This document shows, one piece after another, positions 9,160 through 18,057 of a stretch of DNA of 64,000 bases (its first letter is position 1; every line of letters starts with the position of its first letter). Source of the stretch: an uncultured Gammaproteobacteria bacterium (GTDB taxonomy: Bacteria; Patescibacteriota; Patescibacteriia; 2-01-FULL-39-33); assembly GCA_964455185.1 (NCBI GenBank), contig CAYVUR010000001.1, positions 3,892 through 67,891 on the forward strand. The letters run 5' to 3'. Position numbers and translations under genes: made by a program. Under the pieces are notes generated by a model. The model saw only the letters and a program-made list of their open reading frames with translations. It was not told the DNA's origin and did no database searches.

Positions 9160-11919
9160 ATGCCAAAATATCGCCGTTCAGGTTTTTTAAATTTTAGATC
9201 ACGACGTTATCGCCGTGAAATTACCAATTTTTCTTTACCCAAAGTAAATTTTAGTTTTTGGTCAGAATTATCTCCAGAAGTTAAAAAAGGACTCTCTATA
9301 ATTTTTTTATTTGTTTTGGCAATTTTGAGCATATTAGGATTATTTGATTTGTCGGGACAATTTGGGAAATTTATTGCTTATATTTTATCTATAATATTAG
9401 GCAATGCAAAATGGTTAGTACCAATAATTTTAGGAGGTTGGGTCTTTTTCTTGCTTAATGAAGATAAATATCCTATTAAAACTATTAATTTTATTGGTGC
9501 AATATTATTTTTAATTGGTTTAGCTGGTTTAATGCATTTGCGCTTTGATTCTTGGGAAGCGCTTAAACAAGCTAAATTAGGATCTGGCGGAGGTTATTTA
9601 GGCGCTTTTGTAGTTTTACCTTTATTAAGGTTTATGAATTTTTGGGGGGCTTTAGTCATTTGTGTAGCTGTACTTTTAGTTGGTATTTTATTAGCTTTAG
9701 AGACTTCAATTTATGGTTTGATGTGGCCTCTTAAATTAATTAAGTTTTTATGGAGTAAAGTATATGATTTTTATAATTTTATAAAGATTAAAAATCAAGA
9801 GAAAAAATTAAGAGAGATTCCTGAAGAATTAGATGATAATTATGAAGAGGAAACTAATGAAGAAGATTCTGAAATTAATGAAGAAGCATTAGAAGAAAAC
9901 AACAATGAAGAAGATGATTTGCCTCAATTTACTCGTACTCAAGTTAATTTAGGATTTAGAGATCAAGAACCGGAAAAGGAAATTATTAAACCTAAAAAAT
10001 TTGGTAAAAAAATAGATTTACCTCTTAGTTTAGTTAATGCTAAATCTGGCAAACCCACTTCGGGAGATATTAAAAATAATCAAGAAATAATTAGAAAGAC
10101 TTTTGCTAATTTTGGGATTCAAGTAGAAATGGGAGATGTTAATGTTGGACCAACAATTACTCAGTATACTTTACGTCCAGCTGATGGAGTTAAACTTTCA
10201 CGATTAGTGAATCTTAGTCCAGATTTAGCGTTGGCTTTAGCGGCGCATCCAATTCGCATCGAAGCCCCAATTCCGGGAAAATCTTTAGTAGGAGTGGAAA
10301 TTCCCAATCAAATGTCAGCTAAAGTTTCAATGGGAGAAATGCTTTTAAGTAAGGAATTTAAAACACGTGATAATAATTTATCAATTGCTTTAGGTAAGGA
10401 TGTATCAGGCAAAGCCTGTTTTGCCCAATTAGATAAAATGCCACATTTATTAATTGCTGGTGCTACAGGCAGTGGAAAATCAGTTTGCGTCAATTCAATT
10501 ATTGTTAGTTTGCTATATCAAAATAGTCCCGATGAATTAAAATTTATTTTAGTTGATCCGAAACGTGTTGAGTTGCCTCATTACAATAATATTCCTTATT
10601 TATTAACTCCAGTAATTACTGATGTTAAAAAAACCGTGGGAGCATTAAAGTGGTCGATTACAGAAATGGAACGACGCTTTGAATTATTGTCAAAATTAGG
10701 ACATAGAAATATAGCTTCTTATAATAAAACTCACCCCAATGATAAAATGCCATATATTGTTATAGTTATTGATGAATTAGCAGAGTTAATGTCTGCCAAC
10801 CCTAATGATATGGAGGCAGGAATTGTCCGTTTAGCACAAATGGCTCGTGCTGTTGGTATTCATTTAATCTTGGCAACACAAAGACCATCAACCGAAGTTA
10901 TTACTGGTTTAATTAAAGCTAATATTCCCGCTCGTATTGCTTTTGCTGTTGCTTCCTCAATTGATTCTCGCACTATTTTAGATGGTACTGGAGCTGAAAA
11001 ACTTGTTGGTCGTGGTGATATGTTGTTTTTGTCGCCAGATATTTCTAAACCTAAACGTATCCAAGGGGTATTTTTATCTGATCAAGAAATTAATAATGTT
11101 ATTAATTATATTAAAAATCAAGGTGGAGCTGATTATATTGAAGAACTTTCAGGAATGTCAACTAGTATTAATGGTTTTGGTGGCGGAGTTTTTAGTGAAG
11201 ATGATGGAGACCCGCTTTTAAATGAAGCAATAGAAGTAATTCGTCAATCAGGTAAAGCTTCAGCTTCTTTATTACAAAGGCGTTTAAAATTAGGTTATGC
11301 TAGAGCGGCACGTATTCTTGATTTATTAGAAGAGAAAGGTATTATTGGTCCAGCTGATGGAGCTAAGCCACGCGAAGTATTTTTGGATAAGCTTGGTGGA
11401 GTTGGAGTAGTAGAATTTGCTGCACGAGAACATAATTTAACTGGTGAATTGCGTCCTTTAGAAGAAGAAATTAAAGAAGAAGAACCCTCTTTTACAGCTT
11501 TTACTAGAAATGAATTAACAGATGTAGATAATACTGAAATTAATGAGTTAGATAATAAAAATGATAAAGATTTAGAAACAGAAGAAAATTCTTTTTCAGA
11601 CAGTATTACTAATAATTTTGATCAATTATCGCTTAAAGAAACATCAAATTCTAATTTAACTGATTTAACAAATTTAGAAAAAGATAAATTAATCTCGGAA
11701 GTTGATGATATCAAAGAAGTTGAAGAAGAGGCTTTGGAAGAAATTGCTGAAACTCTTGATTTAATAGAAGAAATTAAAGAAGAAGTTGCTGAAAAAACTG
11801 ATAATAATCAAGAACAAGAAATTGAGACACCTCAAAAGTCTCAGATTAAACAAAAAAAAGAATCATCAAAGAATTTGCCAAAGAAAAAAAATTATTTTGA
11901 TGACGAAGAGTGGAGTTAA
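9160..11919 (+). CDS. ftsK: DNA translocase FtsK/SpoIIIE
   Basis: Four N-terminal TM helices, Walker A GATGSGKSVCVNSII, and a gamma winged-helix domain (LLQRRLKLGYARAARILDLLEEKGIIGP). A ~170-aa acidic tail follows. Confidence 0.9.
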   Translation: MPKYRRSGFLNFRSRRYRREITNFSLPKVNFSFWSELSPEVKKGLSIIFLFVLAILSILGLFDLSGQFGKFIAYILSIILGNAKWLVPIILGGWVFFLLNEDKYPIKTINFIGAILFLIGLAGLMHLRFDSWEALKQAKLGSGGGYLGAFVVLPLLRFMNFWGALVICVAVLLVGILLALETSIYGLMWPLKLIKFLWSKVYDFYNFIKIKNQEKKLREIPEELDDNYEEETNEEDSEINEEALEENNNEEDDLPQFTRTQVNLGFRDQEPEKEIIKPKKFGKKIDLPLSLVNAKSGKPTSGDIKNNQEIIRKTFANFGIQVEMGDVNVGPTITQYTLRPADGVKLSRLVNLSPDLALALAAHPIRIEAPIPGKSLVGVEIPNQMSAKVSMGEMLLSKEFKTRDNNLSIALGKDVSGKACFAQLDKMPHLLIAGATGSGKSVCVNSIIVSLLYQNSPDELKFILVDPKRVELPHYNNIPYLLTPVITDVKKTVGALKWSITEMERRFELLSKLGHRNIASYNKTHPNDKMPYIVIVIDELAELMSANPNDMEAGIVRLAQMARAVGIHLILATQRPSTEVITGLIKANIPARIAFAVASSIDSRTILDGTGAEKLVGRGDMLFLSPDISKPKRIQGVFLSDQEINNVINYIKNQGGADYIEELSGMSTSINGFGGGVFSEDDGDPLLNEAIEVIRQSGKASASLLQRRLKLGYARAARILDLLEEKGIIGPADGAKPREVFLDKLGGVGVVEFAAREHNLTGELRPLEEEIKEEEPSFTAFTRNELTDVDNTEINELDNKNDKDLETEENSFSDSITNNFDQLSLKETSNSNLTDLTNLEKDKLISEVDDIKEVEEEALEEIAETLDLIEEIKEEVAEKTDNNQEQEIETPQKSQIKQKKESSKNLPKKKNYFDDEEWS

Positions 11920-12584
11920 ATTATTTTTTTGTGAATATTTTAATAAAAAATAATCAAATTTCTAATCCTTTAGGAGATCGTCTTAGAGAAGCTAGAGAAT
12001 CTCAAGGAATTAGTTTATCAAAAGCATCTAAAGATTTAGGTATTGCTATTAAATATTTAGAAGCAATTGAAAATAATTGTCCTAATAAATTGCCGGGAGA
12101 AGAATATTTTAATTTTTTTCTTAAGAAGTATTGCCTTTATTTAAAATTGGATTATTTAATCTTAAAAGAATTAATAAATAAAAATTCAGTAAAGACATTA
12201 AATAGTAAATGTAAAAGTACAAATTTTTTTTCTTGGCATAAATTTAATCGATTCTTTTTTTCTTTTTTTGTTGTTGTAGCTTTATTAAGTTTTTTGTTTT
12301 GGAATATTGAAGCTATTTTTCGTCCTCCTGAATTAGAAATTTTTTCTCCTACTGATGGAATTATAACTTTTGAAAGACAATTAAAAGTTGAAGGAAGAAC
12401 AGCTAAAGAAGCTGAAGTTTTTATAAATAATTTTCCTGTATTAGTTGATTCTAATGGAAATTTTAATGCTTTAGTAGACTTGCAAAAAGGTTTGAATTTG
12501 ATTAAAATTAGTGCGAAGAAAAGATATAGTAGACTTTCAATAGTCGAAATTAGAGTTTTGTTTAATGAAATAACAATTGATTAA
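11910..12584 (+). CDS. XRE-family HTH protein with a TM segment (RodZ-like architecture)
   Basis: HTH LGDRLREARESQGISLSKASKDLGIAIKYLEAIENN, a later TM helix (FFFSFFVVVALLSFLFW) and a C-terminal extracytoplasmic domain. The precise start is uncertain. Confidence 0.45.
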   Translation: MELNYFFVNILIKNNQISNPLGDRLREARESQGISLSKASKDLGIAIKYLEAIENNCPNKLPGEEYFNFFLKKYCLYLKLDYLILKELINKNSVKTLNSKCKSTNFFSWHKFNRFFFSFFVVVALLSFLFWNIEAIFRPPELEIFSPTDGIITFERQLKVEGRTAKEAEVFINNFPVLVDSNGNFNALVDLQKGLNLIKISAKKRYSRLSIVEIRVLFNEITID

Positions 12585-12599
12585 TAATTTAGCTAAATT

Positions 12600-13688
12600 A
12601 TGCCTAAAAAAGCTAATGAGGAGGTAAATGATAAATTTAAAGCCGTAGAATCAGCAATTAATCAGATTAAAGAAAGATTTGGTGATGGATCTATTATGAA
12701 ATTTGGTGAAGCTCGAGCTATGGAAGTTGATGCTATTTCAACTGGGTGTTTATCTTTAGATATTGCTTTGGGAGTTGGGGGAGTGCCTCGTGGCCGTATA
12801 ATTGAAATTTTTGGACCAGAAGCGTCTGGAAAAACTACTTTAGCTCAACATATAGTAGCTGAAGTTCAAAAAGCTGGAGGTGTAGCCGCTTTTATTGATG
12901 CTGAACATGCTCTTGATCCTGATTATGCTAGAAAAATAGGAGTTAATGTTAATGAATTATTTATTTCTCAACCAGATACAGGAGAACAGGCTTTGGAAAT
13001 TGTTGAAACTTTGGTAAGATCTAATGCAGTTGATGTTATTGTAGTTGATTCAGTAGCGGCTTTGGTGCCGAAAGCAGAAATTGAAGGAGATATGGGGGAT
13101 TCTCATATGGGTCTACAAGCTAGATTAATGTCTCAAGCTTTGCGCAAACTTACAGGTTCTATTTCTAAATCAAAAACTGTTTTAATTTTTATTAATCAAA
13201 TTAGACAAAAGATAGGAGTGTTTTTTGGTAATCCAGAAACTACTACTGGAGGTAACGCTTTGAAGTTTTATTGTTCAGTTCGTATTGAAGTGCGTCGAGC
13301 AGCTCAAATTAAACAAGGAGAGAAAAATATTGGTAATCGTGTTAAAGTTAAGGTAGTAAAAAATAAAGTTGCTGCCCCATTTCAAACTTGTGAATTTGAT
13401 ATCATGTATAATGAGGGAATTTCTTTGTCTGGAGATTTATTAGATGTTGGTATTGAAAAAGGAGTAATTAAAAAATCAGGCAATACTTATTCTTATGGCG
13501 AAGAGAAATTGGGAACTGGTAGAGAAAATGTTAAAGCTTACTTAAAATCAAATCCTAGATTAATGACAAAAATTCGTCAACAGATATTAGAAGAGGTAAA
13601 AAGATCCAGAGATGCTGAATTAAAAGCGAATAATCGTATTACTGAAATTGTTAATGATAATGATAGTGAAGTATTAACTGAAGAATAA
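12600..13688 (+). CDS. recA: Recombinase RecA
   Basis: Walker [12 protein letters not shown], the L1/L2 loop regions and overall colinearity with RecA. Confidence 0.97.
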   Translation: MPKKANEEVNDKFKAVESAINQIKERFGDGSIMKFGEARAMEVDAISTGCLSLDIALGVGGVPRGRIIEIFGPEASGKTTLAQHIVAEVQKAGGVAAFIDAEHALDPDYARKIGVNVNELFISQPDTGEQALEIVETLVRSNAVDVIVVDSVAALVPKAEIEGDMGDSHMGLQARLMSQALRKLTGSISKSKTVLIFINQIRQKIGVFFGNPETTTGGNALKFYCSVRIEVRRAAQIKQGEKNIGNRVKVKVVKNKVAAPFQTCEFDIMYNEGISLSGDLLDVGIEKGVIKKSGNTYSYGEEKLGTGRENVKAYLKSNPRLMTKIRQQILEEVKRSRDAELKANNRITEIVNDNDSEVLTEE

Positions 13689-13710
13689 TATAATAATATA
13701 TTTATTTTAA

Positions 13711-13740
13711 AAACTCTCGCTTTAAAGCGAGAGTTTTTTA
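13711..13740. terminator. Bidirectional rho-independent terminator between recA (+) and efp (-)
   Basis: Palindrome AAACTCTCGCTTT-AAAGCGAGAGTTT flanked by A/T tracts on both sides. Confidence 0.75.
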
Positions 13741-13749
13741 GTTTTTTAT

Positions 13750-14319
13750 TTAATTTACTCTTTCAACGTATTCTAGTGTTTCTGTATTAACTCTAATTAT
13801 ATCTCCTTCTTTAATAAATAACGGTACTTGAATGTTTATTCCAGTTTCTAATTCAGCAGTTTTAGTAACACGTCCTTGAGCAGAATTACCTTTATCTCCT
13901 TCGGGAGCTGAAATCACCTTAAGTTCTACTTTAGGCTGTAGAGAAATAGAAACTGGATTGCCATTAAAATACAAAGCATCAACTTTATCTCCTTCTTTCA
14001 TTAAGCCAATTTTATCACCTAAAGAGTCTTTAGGTAAAGCAAATTGTTCAAAATCATCATTAGACATAAAAAACCAATTTTCTCCATCATTATATAAATA
14101 ATCAACTTTTTTTCTCATTAAGTCCGCTTCATCAATTTTATCACCCGGATGAAAATTGATTTGTGCAACTTTACCATTGAGTAGATTACGCATTTTAGTT
14201 TGCATCACTGGTTTGCGCTGTTGCATTCTGACAAAATTAGCTTCAACTACTAGATATGGTTCACCTTCGTATAAGATATTAACGCCTTTTTTAATATCAT
14301 TAAGAGTAGAAATTGCCAT
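13750..14319 (-). CDS. efp: Elongation factor P
   Basis: Colinear with EF-P across all three domains (..GEPYLVVEANFV..., C-terminal GDIIRVNTETLEYVERV). The loop normally carrying KPGKG reads RMQQRKP. Confidence 0.9.
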   Translation of the reverse strand: MAISTLNDIKKGVNILYEGEPYLVVEANFVRMQQRKPVMQTKMRNLLNGKVAQINFHPGDKIDEADLMRKKVDYLYNDGENWFFMSNDDFEQFALPKDSLGDKIGLMKEGDKVDALYFNGNPVSISLQPKVELKVISAPEGDKGNSAQGRVTKTAELETGINIQVPLFIKEGDIIRVNTETLEYVERVN

Positions 14320-14331
14320 GGTTTTTATTTA

Positions 14332-14565
14332 TTACTTAGTAACAAAAGGAAGTAGGGCCATGATTCTAGCACGTTTAATAGCATTAGATAATTGTCTTTG
14401 ATGTTTAGAACAAACACCGCTTCTTTTTCGTGAAACGATTTTAGAATAAGAGGAAATAAAACGTCTTAATAAATTAACGTTTTTGTAATCAATTTCTTTA
14501 ATATTATTGACGCAGAAAAAACAATATTTTTTTTCTGAGCTAATATTTTTTTTATTATTTACCAT
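14332..14565 (-). CDS. rpsR: 30S ribosomal protein S18
   Basis: CFFC...[14 protein letters not shown]...[22 protein letters not shown] matches the bS18 signature. Confidence 0.9.
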   Translation of the reverse strand: MVNNKKNISSEKKYCFFCVNNIKEIDYKNVNLLRRFISSYSKIVSRKRSGVCSKHQRQLSNAIKRARIMALLPFVTK

Positions 14566-14577
14566 ATATTTTATTTT

Positions 14578-15051
14578 TTAGAAAGGAATATCTTCAATTT
14601 TTATTTCTTCTTCATCATTAGAAACTATTGGTTCAGTTTGATAAGTCTCATTAATATAAGTAGGAGTTTCAAAATTAGGATTTGATAAATTATTACCACC
14701 ACTACTATTATTAGGTACAACTGATGGCTTAGGTCCTAATTGAATATTTTCAGCTATAATTTCTGTTTTCCAATGTTTAGCACCAGTTTGATCAGTCCAA
14801 CTTCTTGTTTGAATTTTGCCTTCAACCATACAAAGTCTGCCTTTGGCTAAATATTGTCCAACAATATCAGCTAATTTTCCCCAAGCAACAATTGAATGAA
14901 ATTCAGCTTGTTCTTGACGTTCACCTGCTTGATTAGTCCAAACACTATTAGTAGCAATAGTGAAAGAAGCAACTGATTTTCCTGCGGGAGTTTTTCTAAT
15001 CTCAGGATTTTGTGTAAGATTGCCAATAATAATTGCTTTATTGAGATTCAT
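14578..15051 (-). CDS. ssb: Single-stranded DNA-binding protein
   Basis: OB-fold region (MNLNKAIIIGNLTQNPEIRKTPAGKSVASFTIATN...) and an acidic C-terminal tail ending DIPF. Confidence 0.9.
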   Translation of the reverse strand: MNLNKAIIIGNLTQNPEIRKTPAGKSVASFTIATNSVWTNQAGERQEQAEFHSIVAWGKLADIVGQYLAKGRLCMVEGKIQTRSWTDQTGAKHWKTEIIAENIQLGPKPSVVPNNSSGGNNLSNPNFETPTYINETYQTEPIVSNDEEEIKIEDIPF

Positions 15052-15106
15052 ATTTTTATAAATTAATGCGGAAATCCGCTTTATTATTTATTTTAATTTT
15101 TTATAA

Positions 15107-15598
15107 TTAAATAATATCTTCACCGCTAAGAATTTCATCTAACTTTTCATCTAAAGGTTTAGTTTCAACTTTTTTTTCTGTTTTTTCTTTGGTATTTATT
15201 TTTTCTTTTTTGGTAGTTTTAATTGAGTCTTTTGAAATTTCTTCTTTAGTTTCTGTTTCTTTAAACTCAGCTTCTTGCTTTTTTTGTTTTTCAATTTCTT
15301 CAAGAGTAATTTTTCTTTTAGCAATTATTTGAGCACGTAAAATTTCTTTATCTAATCTTAAGAAATTGTTAATTTCTTTTATTTTATTACTATCTTCTAA
15401 CTCAAATTCTGTTAAAATATAATAACCATGAGATACTTTATTAATTGGATAAGCTAATTTTCTTTTACCTATTAAATTTTCATAACCAATTATTCCACCA
15501 TAATTTTTAATTACTTTATCAATTTTTTCTTTGATGTTTTTTATTTCATCTTCAGTGTATTGATTAGGAATAATATAGAGCAATTCGTAATTTCTCAT
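15107..15598 (-). CDS. rpsF: 30S ribosomal protein S6 with a K/E-rich C-terminal extension
   Basis: N-terminal MRNYELLYIIPNQYTEDE...GKRKLAYPI matches bS6. It sits in a conserved rpsF-ssb-rpsR block. Confidence 0.9.
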   Translation of the reverse strand: MRNYELLYIIPNQYTEDEIKNIKEKIDKVIKNYGGIIGYENLIGKRKLAYPINKVSHGYYILTEFELEDSNKIKEINNFLRLDKEILRAQIIAKRKITLEEIEKQKKQEAEFKETETKEEISKDSIKTTKKEKINTKEKTEKKVETKPLDEKLDEILSGEDII

Positions 15599-15810
15599 AA
15601 TTTAATTGAATTAATTTTATATTTTAATTAAAAAAATCCCTAAGGCAGAGCCCGGGAATCCAATATTTTTTAGATTCTTTAGGTTAATGCCTTTTCTTGA
15701 AAACTCTAGGTTTGCAAGATAATCCTCATAATGAGGTGGGAAAGGTTGTATTTACATCCTAACTTAATTTATTTTTTTTGTCAATTATTTATTAATATTT
15801 ATAAAATATA

Positions 15811-15839
15811 TTGACAAAAAATTAAATATATGATATAAT
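15811..15839 (+). promoter_or_regulatory. Perfect-consensus sigma70 promoter motif (TTGACA-17-TATAAT) on the plus strand of the rplT-rpsF spacer; function unclear
   Basis: TTGACA 15811-15816, 17-nt spacer, TATAAT 15834-15839. The TTGACAAAAAA half is mirrored by TTTTTTTTGTCAA at 15769-15783 as an inverted repeat. Confidence 0.3.
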
Positions 15840-15869
15840 AATAAATATAGTAATTAAATAACTTAAATA

Positions 15870-15896
15870 AAAAATCGCTTAAATAAGCGATTTTTT
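15870..15896 (-). terminator. Rho-independent terminator downstream of rplT (bidirectional hairpin)
   Basis: AATCGCTT-aaata-AAGCGATT flanked by A-runs and T-runs. Confidence 0.7.
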
Positions 15897-15920
15897 ATTT
15901 ATTTAATAATTTTGTTGCAA

Positions 15921-16277
15921 TTATTTAGTAGCAGTTTTAACTTTTTCAATAATTTTAGCAAAAACTGAAGGATTTTTACTAGCTAATTCTGCTAAAACTT
16001 TACGATCTAATTCAATTTTAGCAGCCTTTAATCCAGCAATAAATTTACTGTAATTTAGATTATAGGCTCTAACAGCGGCATTAAGTTTAATTTGCCATAA
16101 AGCTCTGGCAGTACGTTTTTTCATTTTACGATCTTTATAAGCATTAGCTCCAGCTTTAATAGCAGCAGTTTTAGCTAATTTAATTAATTTTTTACGTCCA
16201 CGTTGAAAACCTTTAGTGGTTTTAAGTAAATTTTTTCTGCGTTTATTATGCATGACACCTCTTTTGACTCTTGGCAT
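15921..16277 (-). CDS. rplT: 50S ribosomal protein L20
   Basis: MPRVKRGV..KRRKNLLK..KGF.GRKK matches the bL20 N-terminus, in infC-rpmI-rplT order. Confidence 0.95.
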   Translation of the reverse strand: MPRVKRGVMHNKRRKNLLKTTKGFQRGRKKLIKLAKTAAIKAGANAYKDRKMKKRTARALWQIKLNAAVRAYNLNYSKFIAGLKAAKIELDRKVLAELASKNPSVFAKIIEKVKTATK

Positions 16278-16304
16278 ATACGATTTAGTATTTATTTATA
16301 AACT

Positions 16305-16499
16305 TTAAGCGCCAATCATCCTGCGGATGTTTTTGGCATCGGCTTTAGAAATAGATTTATCTAATCTTTTTGCTCTTTTTTGTTTGCCAGATTCTCTAGC
16401 ATTAAAATGATCTTGACCAGTAGATCGTTTAATTACTTTTTTCTTTTTAGTAACTTTAAATCTTTTAGCTACTGCTTGTCTAGTTTTTATTTTCGGCAT
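16305..16499 (-). CDS. rpmI: 50S ribosomal protein L35
   Basis: MPKIKTRQAVAKRFKVTKKKKVIKR... matches bL35. Confidence 0.9.
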   Translation of the reverse strand: MPKIKTRQAVAKRFKVTKKKKVIKRSTGQDHFNARESGKQKRAKRLDKSISKADAKNIRRMIGA

Positions 16500-16510
16500 A
16501 TCATTTATAT

Positions 16511-17071
16511 TTATAATGAAAGATTTAATGATAATTTTCCTCCTACCAAAGTAATTTCTCCTTCGGTTTTTAAAGTTTTTTCTGAACCTAATTTTTCTTT
16601 AATTTTTTCTACAATTTTTTGAATACTTTGTTTAGCTAATTCAATATGTTGATTTTCGCGTCCTCGTAATTGTAATTCTATCTTAACTTTATCGCCACCT
16701 TCTAAAAATTTAACTCCTTGATTAGCTCTAACTTCCAAATCATGTTCTCCAATACGTAAAGATAATTTAATAATTTTAATTTCAGTAGTTTTTTGTTTAG
16801 CTTTATTTTTCTTTTCTTGTTTTTCTTTTTGATATTTAAAACTACCATAATCAATAAATTTAGCAATCGGAGGATTAGCTTTAGGAAAAACTTCAACTAA
16901 ATCTAGTTCTCTATTTCTAGCTTCTTCTAAGGCTTCTGCTTTAGAAACAATTCCAAGATTATTTCCGTTTTCATCAATTACAACTAATTCCTGAGCTAAA
17001 ATTTGTTCATTAACTCGGAACTCTTTGGAGTTTTCTGATTTTTGATTGTGTCCTCTAAATGATTTACGCAT
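16511..17071 (-). CDS. infC: Translation initiation factor IF-3
   Basis: INEQI...VVIDENGNNLGIVSKAEALEEARNRELDLVEV...PPIAKFIDYGSFKYQ is colinear with IF-3. Confidence 0.93.
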   Translation of the reverse strand: MRKSFRGHNQKSENSKEFRVNEQILAQELVVIDENGNNLGIVSKAEALEEARNRELDLVEVFPKANPPIAKFIDYGSFKYQKEKQEKKNKAKQKTTEIKIIKLSLRIGEHDLEVRANQGVKFLEGGDKVKIELQLRGRENQHIELAKQSIQKIVEKIKEKLGSEKTLKTEGEITLVGGKLSLNLSL

Positions 17072-17083
17072 TTTATTTAAATG

Positions 17084-17472
17084 TGGAGATGAGGGGTAAT
17101 GAGCCCCTGTCTAAGAATAAAGGGTTTTCTTGGGTTTACAAATTTAGTTGTTTTATATTTTAAGTAATCAATAAGTTAATAAAACAACAAAATACTTATT
17201 GACCCGTCTTTTAAGTTTAACCTTTCAGTTAAAGACAAACTGTAAGGCGATCCTGATGATATAACACTGCTGGCCATTTATCAGGAATCATGGGGCAATG
17301 GCTCTTGGATTAATTAAGCAAGAGCAGGGGCGAAGGTCATGCCGCTGAAAGCGGATTTAACCTTAGCCAAAAAATTGTTGGCATTTCTGCTTTTGACAGA
17401 TTTTTAACGAGATTCTGTCAATCTCGATTTGCCCAATGAAAAATTTATTCTTATCAAAACAAAAACATCCCC
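17084..17472 (-). ncRNA. ssrA: tmRNA (ssrA), ~389 nt, between smpB and infC
   Basis: The minus-strand RNA starts GGGGATG. Its 3' end GGGG-ctcatta-CCCC-TCATCTCC-A forms a T-arm and acceptor stem pairing with the 5' end, including a G3:U70 wobble (the AlaRS identity element) and A73. The internal frame GCC AAC AAT TTT TTG GCT AAG GTT AAA TCC GCT TTC AGC GGC ATG ACC TTC GCC CCT GCT CTT GCT TAA encodes a tag ending ...FAPALA*. A P2-like hairpin CGAGATT-gacag-AATCTCG is present. smpB is adjacent. Confidence 0.75.
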
Positions 17473-17534
17473 TTCTTTTGTAAATAAGAAAAAAAAGATT
17501 AGATTAGCAGAGGAAAAGAGGATGTTTGGGAAAA

Positions 17535-17987
17535 TTATTTTTGTTTTAAAGTTCTCTTTATTTCCCTTTGAATCTCTCTTTTTTTAATGATTTCTCTTTT
17601 GTCTATTTTTGTTTTTCCTCTAACTAAAGCAATTTCTACTTTAACTAATCTCCTATTAGTATATAGGGAAATTGGTATAATTGTCAAGCCTTTTTGAGTT
17701 TTTTTACCAATTAAAGCATCTATTTCTTTATGATTTAATAGTAATTTGCGTTTTTTATATGGATTATAATTGTTTTGTTGTCCTTGAGCTGGTTTATAAG
17801 GAGCAATATAAGCATTAACTAACCAAACTTCTTTATTAGAGTCTATTTGAATAAAACTGTTTTTAAGACTAGTTTGTCCTAATTTAATAGCTTTAGTTTC
17901 TGCTCCTGATAAAACAATTCCAGCTTGCCATTTTTCTAAAATCTCATTGTTAAATAATCCTTCTTTGTTAATAATGATTGTTTTCAT
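17535..17987 (-). CDS. smpB: SsrA-binding protein SmpB
   Basis: 150 aa, colinear with SmpB (..GAETKAIKLGQTSLKNSFIQI.., basic C-terminal tail). Confidence 0.9.
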   Translation of the reverse strand: MKTIIINKEGLFNNEILEKWQAGIVLSGAETKAIKLGQTSLKNSFIQIDSNKEVWLVNAYIAPYKPAQGQQNNYNPYKKRKLLLNHKEIDALIGKKTQKGLTIIPISLYTNRRLVKVEIALVRGKTKIDKREIIKKREIQREIKRTLKQK

Positions 17988-18057
17988 TTTTTTTGCTTCC
18001 TACTTTAATTATTTTTTAGTATAATATAGATTATAAGATTAATAAAGCCGTAAAATT

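Noticed and set aside
16380-16896. ORFs 16380-16622 (+) and 16702-16896 (-) overlapping rpmI and infC
   Set aside because: They overlap conserved ribosomal and IF-3 genes. The K/L/N-rich or F/S-rich translations are typical of off-frame reads of AT-rich coding DNA.
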